Assembly: GCF_009914755.1 (NCBI RefSeq)
Contig: NC_060929.1
Source of the DNA: the human T2T-CHM13v2.0 reference genome, Homo sapiens
Length of the DNA: 64,000 nt
Reading direction: 5' to 3' (one strand)
How positions within the stretch are numbered: the stretch's first letter is position 1; each line of letters begins with the position of its first letter. Below, one piece after another: positions 13,831-26,640 of this stretch. Under the pieces are notes generated by a model. The model made no database searches. It had not been told where the DNA came from and saw only the letters and a program-made list of their open reading frames with translations. The translations under genes were made by a program, and so were the position numbers.

Positions 13831-14355
13831 GTTAGTTTTATTTCTTTATTTATTATTTTGAATATTAATTAGCTGTGCACTATGCCTTAAGCAAAATGCG
13901 TGTTCATTTGTCAGTTCTGAGCAAAAGTGCTAAATATCTTGATAATGGTATTTAAAGAAGCTTGCAGTCTAAGAAAGATGGTTTATTGCCAATATAACTT
14001 ATGGAAACAGAAACGTAAGATTTCATTTTATAGATTTTCAGAAACTGACAAGTTTCTGAGACACAAACATTTAAAAAACCCAAAAGAGTACTTTGCATGT
14101 AGTAGAAACTCAGTAAATATATATATTTTGGGTTTTCCTTAGATATAATTATTTCTGTCTTTGATTCTGAGATTCAATTTTAATGCAATATAAATTCTGT
14201 CTTTGAACATGGAGATTATAATAGTGTATTTGTTTGCTGAATCTTTAAGCGACAATGTTGCTATTTTATTTCAACTGATAGCTGTTTACAACAAAGGACC
14301 CTATCATAAGTCTTGCCAAAATTTACTTGGTAAAATGTTTTTTCCTACCTACTAC

Positions 14356-14419
14356 CACACATACACACACATACACACACACACACATGCATGCACACAC
14401 ACGCATGCACACACACACA
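14356..14419. repeat. Imperfect (CA)n microsatellite
   Basis: direct reading. Confidence 0.9.
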
Positions 14420-14439
14420 ATTGTATCTACTTATATTGT

Positions 14440-14915
14440 TCCAGTTATCTAGTGTTACATTTAAAAAAAAATCCTAAAACTTAGTGGCTTAAAAAAACTT
14501 CTCTCTCACTATTCTTTGGGCACTTCTTGCTTGCAGTCTCCCATGATTTGCAGTTATGTGTGGGTGGGGCTGGGGCCAAATCAAGGCCTCACTGGGTTGG
14601 ATACACACAATGCTGGACGTTCAAATGGCTAGCAGTTGATGCAGGTGTCATCTAGGGACTCACCTGAGGCTTTTGGCTAGAGTGCCTGTCCGACACATAG
14701 CTTCTTCATGTGGTTTGGACTTCTTGTACCATGGTGACTGGGATGCAAATGCAAGTGTTGGAAGAGACAGGATGTAGAAGCTACTGGGAAAAGACATAGT
14801 GAGTCTTTCATTGTATTCTGTTGATCACAGCAGTTGAAGAGCCCACCCAGAATCAAGGGACAGGAACATAGACAGCACCTTGTGAAATCATGGGCATCTT
14901 TAATCTGACACACAT
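14440..14915 (-). mobile_element. MaLR LTR (MLT1-like)
   Basis: aaaacttagtggcttaaaa and cccagaatcaaggga motifs. Confidence 0.7.
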
Positions 14916-16649
14916 GTTACTATGATGTCTGCATGTTTTTCCTTTAGGCATATCAGGGAATATACATCTACTGTTTGTTTTCACATAGGAAACATACTTA
15001 TTCTTTCAAATTTATAAAATACAGGAAAATCTTTCATTTTTAAAGTTAGTCACTTGTTTTCTGTCTTTGCATAATACATTCTATTTAAATTAATGCATAA
15101 TATAAATTACATATTCTAACTGATTTAATGCTGGACAAGAAAAAATAAATGTTTAAAATATTTTTATTCTGATAATTTCAGATATATAAATATGTAATAA
15201 GAAAAGGAATTTCTCATAATTCTTGTAATGAGAAAGCTAAATGGCTTGGTGTTGTTTCTGTTTTCTATGTGCATATGAATTTATTTTTATAAAGTTGACA
15301 ATGAATTTTATAAATAGCTATGCACCTTAATGTTAAGTCATGAGGCTGTCTTCAAGTCATTAAATAAGCCATAAGGGAATGATTTGTAATGTATGGAGAA
15401 TATTTCAGCCCATAGTTGTATGTGTTCTTGCTCCTTCCCCACATATTCTGCCATATGGCTAACTTTTTTCTTATTTTAGTGATTTGAAATATACTAATTT
15501 GATTTTATTTTAATGGTGGTTAAAAGAAAAGGAAGTCCTTATGTCTGAACTTTGTTTAGGGTTAGGAATGAAATTGGGCTGGTTAATCTCTACTCACCCA
15601 AACCCCATCTGTATAAGATGATACTGAAGCATGCTTTTATGTAATCTTACCTCTGATACTTATTTTTTGATATAATCTTGAATGTAAGGGAGATATTTTC
15701 CTTCACAATATCTCTTTAAAGATTTTTTACATTTGCGTGGTTTTATAAATATTTTAACACTCATTTTAACTCATGGTTAGATTATTTTAATGTTCAGTAC
15801 AACTCCTTTAGTGTCACAACTCATCTGCTCTTTCTTTCATCTGTATTGGTTGATTCATATATTTTACAATTTGGAAACCAAGGAAACCTGAGGGTTATGT
15901 TTTCTTTTTTCATACCTGATAATGACTTTTTGTTTTGTGAATGAGACAAACTTGTCCAAGTAAAATTAGCAAGGTCATGATAGTTTTCCTCCTACGAAAA
16001 GCAAAAATGCTTTAGAAACTTCTCATTTTGTGCCTGAAGTATTTTAACTTTTTTTATTTGCAAGGAATCTGTTTTGATTTGTTTGTGTTTTGTTGTGTAC
16101 TTTTTGGACTGTTTTTTCTTCTTCTCCTTGATACTATTTTTTCTGTATTTATTTCTGCATGATATACCTGAGTCTTAATTCACCTCAAGTACATTTTATG
16201 TAATTATTTATTATTCCTTCTTTACCTGCTAATCCCAATATGCTGGTTGGATCTAACTCTTTTGTCCTCCATGTTTTTCATTTCTCTAATTCTTTCATCC
16301 TTCATATCTGAAAACTTTATATGTTTTTTCCAATCTGTCTTCTGCTCCACTGAGTGAATTTTTTTCGTGATTTCATCTTAAATTTAATGTTCCCATTATA
16401 TTTTTAATTTGGCCACATTCTTTACTGATTCCGTATTATTCCCTCTTTATCACCAGTCGCTTTTGTTTTATTTGTTTAGTGTCGTTTTGAATTTTGTTGT
16501 GAATATCAATCAGTAATTGTCAAAGATTTATTATTTTATTCCTATAGATGGAGTTTTGTTTTCTTCAATATTATATACAGGCAAGAGTTGAAATTGTTCT
16601 TCTTTTGGAAATTAGTGTGATGTGTGAACAGTTCTCCCATTAAGAAGAG

Positions 16650-17200
16650 GAAAGAAAGAGAATTCCACACTGACCCTACTTTAGAGTCGGCAGCTCTGAG
16701 ATCTGCCCACTGGAGGGGAGGGCTGTGAGCTCTGCTGGTGCCCTACCCTGTTCCCCTGGGTCCCCTTTCCCAGCTCTTGCTCCCATCCCCATTTCTGCAC
16801 CCTTGGCTGCTAACAGCTCCACTTGAGACCCTCAGTAGCTTGTCCTTAGACAAATAAGCTTTCTTTTTCCTGGGGAGTGCAGATAAGTACTTGGCAGTTT
16901 TTTTAATCTTCCCTTCACTCTTCAGGTGTCACTAGTGTGAAGGTACAGTGGCCTAGCTACTCTGTTTCAGGTCTGTACAAATTCTAAGTTGTAATGCATG
17001 CTCCAGTTTTACCTACAAGATGGGGTGGAAACTAGAACTTTCCCTGGATTTGTACCCTTGCTTGGCTTTTTCTCTTTTCCTATCTACCCTCGTCTCACTT
17101 GTTCTTATTGCTTCCTCCTGAGAACAATTCCGAATACATTATTTGCCCCTTGTCTGCACTCAGGGTCTGCTTCTGAGAGAACTTGACCTAAAGATGGTGG
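16650..17200 (+). mobile_element. Degenerate ERVL LTR-like remnant
   Basis: ctcagggtctgcttctgagagaacttgacctaaag resembles an LTR16-like end; boundaries uncertain. Confidence 0.4.
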
Positions 17201-17934
17201 GTCTGGGGTCAAGAAGAAGGCAGCATCTGCTGAGGGAGGAAGCCCTGCCAGACCAATCCGGAGTGTCCTCTCTGCCTTAGGGTTCATTTGCTCCCTATTT
17301 TGAGAGGCACCAGCAGTGGTTGACTTTTATTATAGCATCTATCTCTTTCATAGAATGGAGACTTTTGCATCCATCCTGTAGGGCCCCTTAAGATTGATTC
17401 CATCTGCTCTGTTTGTGCAAAATTTGCTGGGCATTTCTCACATGGGGATGGCATTACTCCAAGTTTCTGGTCTTTTCACTGGTTTTCTCCTATTTCTGTT
17501 AGGTACTGGTTATGATTGTGTTTGTGCAAAAGTATTCACTCACATTACCATCTTACTAGTAAACTCCCCAAGAGATTTTTTTTCTTATTGAAAATTTGAG
17601 GAAAATATGATTGAAAATGTGCAGTAATGTATAATATATGAATAGAACTGGAGACAGTGTTACTAAAAAGGAACCTTTAACTTATTATTCCAGGAGAATA
17701 ATTAGGTTTTATTCTAGCTTATGATTAGGATTATTGCTAGCAAATAAAAAAGAAAATATTTATGAAGAGTGTTTGTGCTATGCCCATAATGCCTCTGCCT
17801 GTCACAGAATACCATTATTTCAGTTTCCATCTGTAAAGAAGTTACCACCTTATTAAGGTTAAGCAGATGAACTGCCCAATCTCAGTATCCCATTTTACGG
17901 TGTGTTGCCTGGGACCACTCCTAATATTTGATAC

Positions 17935-18580
17935 TACATCAGTTAGAATCCAATCAGAAAACAAACCACTCTAGTATCTCAGGTAAAAAAAATAAACATA
18001 AGGCATTAGTTAATCCAGTGGCTAAAAAGTTGGGAAGAAAAACAGGATGGTGAGGCTCATCAGAGAGTGGTAGGAGGAGACCACTAGGGAAGATGACCGC
18101 AAGAGATCACTACAGTCCCTTGGGGCTGGAATGACACGGGAAAGGGATGGTATGCAGCAGAATCCAAATATCAGGGAAATCTTACAGGTTCTAGAACCAT
18201 GTCAGGAGTTGCTCTGTAGGAGTTAGGGCCACAGAAATAGGACATGTCTGGTAAAGAGCTGCAACCATGGAGAAGATATGGCAACTGCTAAAAAGTGCCC
18301 ACACAAGACAGAGAGGAGAGGAGAAGGAAAGAGAGATAAGGGAATAGGAGGGAAAAGAGAGAAGAGGGAAGGGGAGACAGGGAAGGGAGATGGGGTAGAA
18401 GGGAGGAGAGAAGAAGGGAAATAATACCTTGATTCTCTTTCTCTTTCTCTTCCTCAAGTCCAACCAGCGCTTCCATTAGTCAAACCTAACCGGAAGGTAG
18501 TTGGCAAGGGACCTGTGGAAATGCAGCCTAAAGGTGGAAGAATGAGGAATGGACTTGAGAGCAAACAAAACACAATGGCC
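17935..18580 (-). mobile_element. ERVL LTR (LTR33-related) with internal GA-rich tract
   Basis: tccaatcagaaaacaaaccact and caaacctaaccggaag motifs. Confidence 0.55.
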
Positions 18581-21079
18581 TATGTGTATATCCTTGTCAA
18601 ATGCATAGTGCTGTTAGACATTTTTTGATTTACATAAATGCTATCGTGCTATAGATTTTATTCTCTTAACCACTTCTGTTGCTAAGATAGCAACAGAATT
18701 GTTGGCCCTGTTGCTCTATGTACACTAATATATACTATAGTATAGATCCACTACAATTTACATATTTGCTTTCTTAGTGATGGCCACCTACATTGTGTTC
18801 AGATCCCTGATGCCATAATCAGTGCTGCAAAGAATGCCCTTAAATAACTTATTTTATGGACTTTATGACAGTCAACTTATGAAGAATGGAATTTTTATGG
18901 GTTGGTCTAATCTGAGCTGAGAGCACATACTCATCTTCATCATTTCAATTGCGTGGCTCTACTTATTAGAATTTCTCCAAATATCTGTTAACCATTTAGA
19001 ATTTTCCTTCTCTGTGTTGCTTTGTCAAACCTTTATTTTTCTAATGTGTTTCCTGTCTTTGAATTTTATTATTGTTTATCTTACAAATCCCTTTAGTATG
19101 TTAGCTGTTGATAGCTAGTGGGTTCAATTCATGCAAAAGTCTTTTACAGTGATATTTACAAAAAGTTGATATTTTATGTTTTTTATGAAAACTTTTTGAA
19201 ATAACAATTCAGTGATTTAAAAAATCGGTGATTTAAAAAGAGTGTTTGCAATGTGTCTTTGGAAGGTATCAGCATTTATAGTAAAATGAAGTTGCAAAAA
19301 ATGTATGGCTAATTCAAGATTTAGACTGACCTACTTAACAGTTCTTTTTGAAAAGGATTTCCTACATTTTGGAAATGTATAAATAACAGTTATTTAAACA
19401 TCAATATTTGGCTACAGCTAATCTGACAGTATATCTGTGAGAGAACAGAAATGATACGAATTGAAGACATATACCTCCTTATCCACTTTGAAACTAAAGA
19501 TAAGGATTATTTGTATTATATATGGGGAAATATGCTTTAAATAAAGATATGATATAATTTGTCTCTTTTATGATAATGTATATTTTCTGGAATTACTGAT
19601 ATAGAGATGCAGTTTTTCATCTCAAGGACAAAGCTGTTTCTAGTTGAAAATGATAAACAACTAACCTTACTTTAAAATGATTTCTGTGCATATCATCTCA
19701 TTATTGGTACCTCTGTGCTTGCATGATCAGTGCATTAGAATAATTTCCACATATCTTGGGCAGCCCTCACTTCCCAACTGCAGTTATATGAGAGATAAGA
19801 AAGCATTGAATAACTTTGACCTTTTTTAAGAACATGAAAATATATCACTAGTACTTTCTGTCAAGTTCTTAACTTTTCTTATAAAAGAACATTTGTTTGT
19901 AGTTTCTAGTTTTATGTATCAGTACAGTTCTGGGGATTTTTGTTGTTGTTGTTTTTTGTTTGCTTTTTTTGCTTAGGTCACTAATTTTAGCTATATTTAT
20001 TCCTGAGTACTTATTTGCATAATTAGACTTTTGTAGTTCATTTTATTTTCTAACTCATTATTATCAAGAAAGTATTAATTTTTTAAAACATTGTTAAAAA
20101 TGAACTTAAAAAGTTTTAAATTTACAGAAAAATTGCAGCTAGTACAGAGGTCCCATACACTCCAAACCCCTGTTTCTCTGTTTATTAACATCTTTCATTA
20201 ATACATTGAATATAATTAATTACATTTATTTTAATAATAATATGTGTTTTAGAACTTGAATTTTGGAATATTTTATGAATTACAAATTGCGAATTTTGGA
20301 AATTTTAGAATTTTGTGAACTCTTAGTATATTCCAAAATTATAGGTCATTTAGATTTTATGCTATTGAGTCAATGTTTGAAATTTATGTTTTTCTAGAAA
20401 ATTTATTTTGATAAATATTAACACTTTCTAGTCATGCATAGTATGATTAAGTTTTGGTCTTTGTATTATTAATTTATAGGAATAATTTCTATGTTCTGGA
20501 TAAACATTTGTGTCTAGTGTTATATAACCCTTCTTTCTCTCTTTCTACATATGTATCATACGCAGTTTTCTCCGGTAAAGGCATTAGTTCTAGTGCATTT
20601 CGGATTTTTCTACATTTTTGTAGCTAGATCTCTTTTGTTTCTCTGCCCTCATCTTCCCACTTTTTCTGTCTGCCTCTGAAGAGACTGTATCTTCTTAAAT
20701 CTTCTTAGAGAAAATACAGTGCTTTCTCATTTAATTCCACTGAGGTTTTCAAGATGTTAGAATGTTCTTATTCACTTTTGAATTTTGATAGCCATGGGTT
20801 TAGGATAAGTGGGATTGGAGTGATGTTTACTCTATACCTTACTCTTTGTACAAGGATTAGGGAGTTCTTAGGAAACGAACTAATTTTTTGGGGATACAAA
20901 CACCCAATTTCCTTGATTGATGGAGCATTTGTGTCCCAGAGTAGTGGCCAACAGGGGATACCATTTGGCTTACAATATAGAGCATGTGTGATCTGAGAAG
21001 GTCCTATGAGCAACACAATCTTTGCTCTAATTATCTGCTGCCCCACCTGTTGCTGTGAATGGCACTATCTAAGCTCTTA

Positions 21080-22895
21080 TATGTCATCTTTTCATTTGCA
21101 CACTAGTCTCTGTTCGCTTTCACCTAATTAGGACACCATCCCAGCAATTCAGTTCTCCTCCTCCTCCTTCTTGTACTATTCATTTCTCTTTTTCTCTTAG
21201 AAGATTCACATCAGCAAATATTTCTCTTGTCTTAAAAAAATAAAATAAAAACCCTCTTGACCTCAAATGCCTCTTCAGTTTGGACCCTAACACTCTGCTT
21301 CTTTTGACTGTTAATTTCCTTGATTAGAGTTGTCTCTATTAGCTTACTTCATTTTCTTTTTTCTTTTCTCTCTTTGAATCCACTCAAGTCAGGTTTTGGT
21401 CCCATCATTTCTCAAACACTGCTCTTGTCAATGTCATCAGTAACTTCATTCTTGCCAAATGACTCATAACCTATTTGGGTTTTCATCTTAATTAAGTTAG
21501 CAGTATTTCATAACAGTTGTTTACCTCCTCCTTGAAAATCTTTTTTTTTTCTTTTTTTTTTCAGATAGGTTCTTGCTCTGTTTCCCAGGCTGTAGTAGAG
21601 TGGCATTATCACAGCTCACTGCACCCTCAACCTCCCAGGTTCAGGTGATCCTCCCACCTCAGCCTCCTAAGTAGCTGGGACTATAGGCATATGCCACCAT
21701 GCCTGGCTAATTTTTTTTTTTTTTTAAATAGAGATGGAGTCTCTCTATGTTTCCAAGACTGGTCTTGAACTCCTGGGCTCAAGCAATTCACCTGCCTGAG
21801 CCTCCCAAAGTATTGGGGTTACAGGCATGAGCCACTGTGCCTGGCCTGAAAAACTTCTTTGAATTTGTGTCTAGATAGCAGCACTCTGGAATCTTCCATC
21901 CGCTTGGCCATTCCTCCCCAGCCTTCTTTGCTGAGCTGGGCTCGGGGCCTAATCCTCACATTTTCTCTCTCCTCCACCTACATAGACTTACTGAGTGGTT
22001 TCTCATTCAGCCTCATGCCTTTATATATATATACTCTGTTCCAAATTTATATCTTTAGTACATTCCTCTCACCTTTAATGCCTAAATGCTGGGCTTCTCC
22101 AATTGCCTTCTTAACGTTTCCATTTTAGTATCAAATAAGCATCTTAAATTTAAAGTATTTGGTCAAATAACTAGTCTTATCTGCCTTTTCAAACCTGTGT
22201 CTCCTGCAGTCTTTCACATTGTAGGAATTGGTAAATTTCATCCCTCTGGTTGCTCAGACCATAATCTTTGGATTCATCCTTAACTCTTCTTTTTTTTCAT
22301 ACCTCAAATCCAGTCCACCCGCAAAATCTGTCCACTCTCCTAGAAGTGTGAATCCAAAATGTTCATCACCTCCACGGACGAAGTTCTATATATCTTGCTT
22401 CACTTGTTGCAATAAGTTCCTGACTGATTTTCCTGTTTTTCCCTTTGCTCTTTGACCAGTTGATCCTGCAGAGCTCACCAGGTTCCTTCCCTGCTCTCAT
22501 CTCCTGACATGAGACCTTGTTCAGTCCTCTCCCTACACTGTTCTCCAAGCTGTTCCTAGGATATTTCAGCATATTTTCTCTTCAGGGGCTTTGCCTTTGT
22601 TCTTTGCTCTGGCTGGGACATTTTTTTCCTGCTTGTTCTTATCTAACATTTAAACCTCAGCCCACATAGCCTGCAGCCCATATATTTTTCCCCATCTTTA
22701 TTTTTCTCCAGAGCCTTTATTGCCATCTAGCATTGTATCTATTTTTCTATCTGTTTTTCATCTTCCTCCTCTTACTGGACTTCAGACTTCATGGGTGCAG
22801 GGATATTCGTGGGTGTGTTTTTACTCTTCCATCTGAAATGACTGGAGCGATGAGTGCAAGAGATACTCTTTAAACCAGTGAATAATGAAAAATGA
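21080..22895 (+). mobile_element. L2 LINE fragments interrupted by an AluJ
   Basis: ctgctcttgtcaatgtcatcagtaacttc L2 motif; L2-like 3' end near 22880. Confidence 0.75.
21541..21846 (-). mobile_element. AluJ
   Basis: ctcctgggctcaagcaattc J-type sequence; tgaaaa TSD. Confidence 0.9.
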
Positions 22896-22929
22896 GCGAC
22901 TTTTTTGAGAGAAGTTATTAATTTAATTA

Positions 22930-23150
22930 ATATAGTTACTGATTTAAAGAAATATATGTATATATGTATTTTTATATATTTAGTTACCGATTTAAACATA
23001 TATTTTTATATATTTAGTTACATATTTAGTTTAGTATTTTTATACATTTAGTTACCGATTTAAACATATATATGTTAGTATATATGTATATATGTTATAT
23101 GTACATACATACATATATATACACACACATATATACACATATATATATAC
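22930..23150. repeat. AT-rich repeat with three tagttacYgatttaaa units plus (TA/CA)n
   Basis: direct reading. Confidence 0.8.
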
Positions 23151-23339
23151 CTGGTAAAAGTACGAACCACGTGAAAAGGAAATCTCCTGTGCCTTCTCAT
23201 CTCCCATTGTTTTATTCTAAAAATGATGTATGTAGATGCAAACATGTTGTCTTTCTTCCACTTAAAAAATAATGCACTAACTGTCCTACATGTGGCCAGT
23301 TCAGCTGTTGCTTACTTTGGAGATCATTCTTTCTTACAT

Positions 23340-23523
23340 TTACATATATTATACATTAATATATAATATATTAATGTATAATATATATTATTATACATTA
23401 TACTGTATATTATTATACAGTATAATGTATAATGTATACAATATAATGTATTATGTATTATACAATATAATGTATAATGTATACAATATAATGTATAATA
23501 TATATTATACATTAATGTATAAT
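23340..23523. repeat. AT-rich low-complexity tract with perfect palindromes
   Basis: direct reading. Confidence 0.9.
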
Positions 23524-23701
23524 GACCAATAATCTCCTATGTGCATATAGCATAAATAGCATTGTTTAGGACTGCATGTACACTGTTTTTAAATGTGTAT
23601 ATGTATATGCACATATATAATGCGATTTCAACCTTTTTCTGGCTGATGGTTGAGTTTCAGTTTCAAGTCAATATGTGACTGTGATCCTTTTTCCTTTCCA
23701 G

Positions 23702-23768
23702 TGCCCACTGTTGATGTCTTTCAGATTTCCACAAAAGAGCGATTTGGATTGGGACATCAGCTGAAAAA
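23702..23768 (+). CDS. PARP8: PARP8 coding exon (VPTVDVFQISTKERFGLGHQLKK)
   Basis: ccttttcctttccag-type acceptor, gtaagt donor, 67 nt, phase 1-2. Confidence 0.95.
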
Positions 23769-23959
23769 GTAAGTTTGCTAAAGTGCAAAAAATAAATTTC
23801 TGCTAAAGAGAACTGAGTTCTCATTTTGTTCATTAAAACAAACAAACAAAAACCTTCTATTCAGTAAGAACTTTTTGAAGCAAGTCCCTCAAGAGAGGAA
23901 ATCATCATGATGCTAAGAGCTGCGTTGATAATTTATTAGCAGGGCTCAGTTTTCCACCT

Positions 23960-24380
23960 GGGCCAGAGTCCTTCTGTTGCTATCCAAGATCCACTCTCTT
24001 TCCTCCAGCACCCTGCTCTCTACCTGGGGAGGCTGACCTGTGTGGACACAGGCTCTGAGTCCCTAACATGACCAGTGGAGGCAGGAAGGAGAGTAAGATG
24101 GAAGTACTTACTGCTCTGGTTTCCTTCCTAGGAGGTCATCCTGAGCCGACCAGTCCTTCCACTGAAGCCTGCTGCTCTGCTCCAGGCTGCAACGTGTACA
24201 TGACTTTCTCTCTTACTGGGCTCTATTGAGGGCTTCCACTGCTCATTCCTTGGGGCCCAGAGGTGGTATCAGTTTAGCAGCCACCGGCCCTGGACTCCTG
24301 CACTATCCCTAATTGCCATTCCTACCGCTTTGAAACATTGGTTTTTTAACTAAACACTTTATTTCCTGTGTGGACCTTGA
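23960..24380 (+). mobile_element. LTR33-like ERVL LTR
   Basis: caccctgctctctacctggggaggctgacct motif. Confidence 0.65.
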
Positions 24381-26399
24381 TTTTGTTTTATGATCTTTAA
24401 GTCTATTTTATATAAATATCTATTTTTAAAAAACAGAAAAAGAAAACACTGATAGAGCCAGGATACAATGGCACTAGAAAGAAAAAAAATGCATCTTAGA
24501 AGTAAATAGAGAACACTGATAAATTACAGACACAAGAATTGGCTCTCAAATTTTTCTAAAATCAGAAGATCACTGATGTGATCTAAGGCACAGAACTTTG
24601 GGACCCACTGGCCTGTGTTTTGGTATGCATCCAGAGGGCTTGTTGTGGTTTTCCCTGAAGAAAATAATGATGCCATCCACATGGTCTCCTTCGCCAGCCT
24701 TCCACACAGAGGGAATACAGCTTTCTCTTTGAACATAGAGTCTAGATGAGCCTTGATTTCATACGAAGACATAAAGCCACGCCATTTGAACTGAATTTTA
24801 AAATTTAGGCACGTACCTCAGTTCGCCATGGTCAGAATATAAACATTAACTTCTATACTTAATATCAGCTTTAAGAATTTGTGTTTATGGAGAATTCCTA
24901 GAGGATTATTCTTCCAAATCTGCAAATTTAGCTTAAATGTAAATTTGTCAAGAAAGACCATTAGATAATTGTATGCTTAAAGCCTGGTTTAGGCCTTTCA
25001 TAATGATGCAGTCTATATGATCACTTTTATTTTAATGAATTTAAATTTGGCATCATATGTGGGCTTCTACTGAGCAATATTCTAAGGGAAGACATATTGG
25101 AACTATATTTGATATATGAAATAGAGAACTTACTGAGGTCATTTTGCCTGATGTAGGAAGCCACATATATGATATCTAGGATTTTGTACGTATTACAGAG
25201 CTCTAGAATTTTCTCAAGTTTTTATGACTTAAATTGGGGCAGTACTACTCAAATGTGAGTTGTGTGCCTACCACATTTGAAAGGAAAAAACATTCTTATA
25301 AATTCCCAGTGTTGAGTTCAAAGATATGCAAATATAAAATTAGATAATAAACCCTTAATGTTTAGAATTCTGCCTCTCTAAAACTAAATTTAATTTACAA
25401 TATGTGTTTAGCATATTATATAATGTAGTGTTCTCTTATAAGGACTCACAGGATAAATTTTCTCAGTTTTCCATTCTAGGGTCAGGTATGCTTTCCCAGG
25501 ACACTTGGTTGTGTTTTTGTGATTGGATTTTGTTTCCTGCATTGTGCCCATATCCTGCGTGTCTTGGAGATGAGCATGGAGCCTGCCTCCATGATGAGCA
25601 TGGATGGCATTATGCAAGTTGGGTACCATTTCACCTTGACACATTTTTTTTATACTATGATTTTTTTTCCTCACTCAATTTCCTCCCTTGTTTTTATACT
25701 GTTCTACTTTGTGTACTTTTGCAAGACACTTACAAACTTTTATTTTTAAGTGGCATGGAGCTGATCAAAATAAGATAAGATTTACAAAAGTACACAGGTC
25801 TAGGAATAAATAGCTTTCTACCCTTAGTGGCTTCTGGGTACATTACATAGGCTCAGCAAAAGAAATCATGTATATAATCCCAACTCTGAGAAATTAAAGA
25901 AAGCTATGTGCCTTTTTCACTGTTTAAGTACCTAGTAACATATATAACATATTTAATTAATATCCCTATCCGAGTGATTAATGTTTTCAAAGAGTTACTT
26001 GCTTTTAGGGATAAATATTAGCTATGTGGAAAGTTTGTTAATATAGATTAGAATTATTTTATGATCCTTGAGAAATTTTGGTCTGATATGTTTGTTTCCC
26101 TAATTATAAATAATTAGATTTGGCTATGATCCTTAAGGTCACTGCCAGCCTAAAATCCCATTATTTTAGCAATCTAATTTCATCCTCACAATAATTTATA
26201 AAAAGAAACTAAATATAAAGAGGTTATTTTCTTAGAAACATACAGCAAGTTAGGAAGGCAAATTTAGAATCTAGGCCCCTTGTTATCAGTTGGTTTTCAG
26301 TAAATAGAAGACACTCTTATTTACTGAATAACTTTTTCACAGGAAAATTTTTTTCTGGTGATTTCAGACAGCAGAATAATTTTATCAACAATAGCAACA

Positions 26400-26640
26400 G
26401 CAAATGCTTATGCAGTACGTATTATATGTCATGCACTATTCTAAGTGTTTAACATATAATAAGACATTTAATCTTTACAACAACTCTATGAAACAGGCCT
26501 TGTTACTCTCATATTTCCTAGATGTTGAAACTGAAGCCCAGAGAGGTTGAGCAGCTTGTTCACAGTCACACAGCGAGAAAGTGATAGAGTCAGAATTTGA
26601 CTCCAAATCAGTACTTACAACGCATAAACTAATCTGCCTC
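26400..26640 (-). mobile_element. MIR
   Basis: gaaactgaagcccagagaggttgagcagcttgttcacagtcacacag. Confidence 0.85.
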
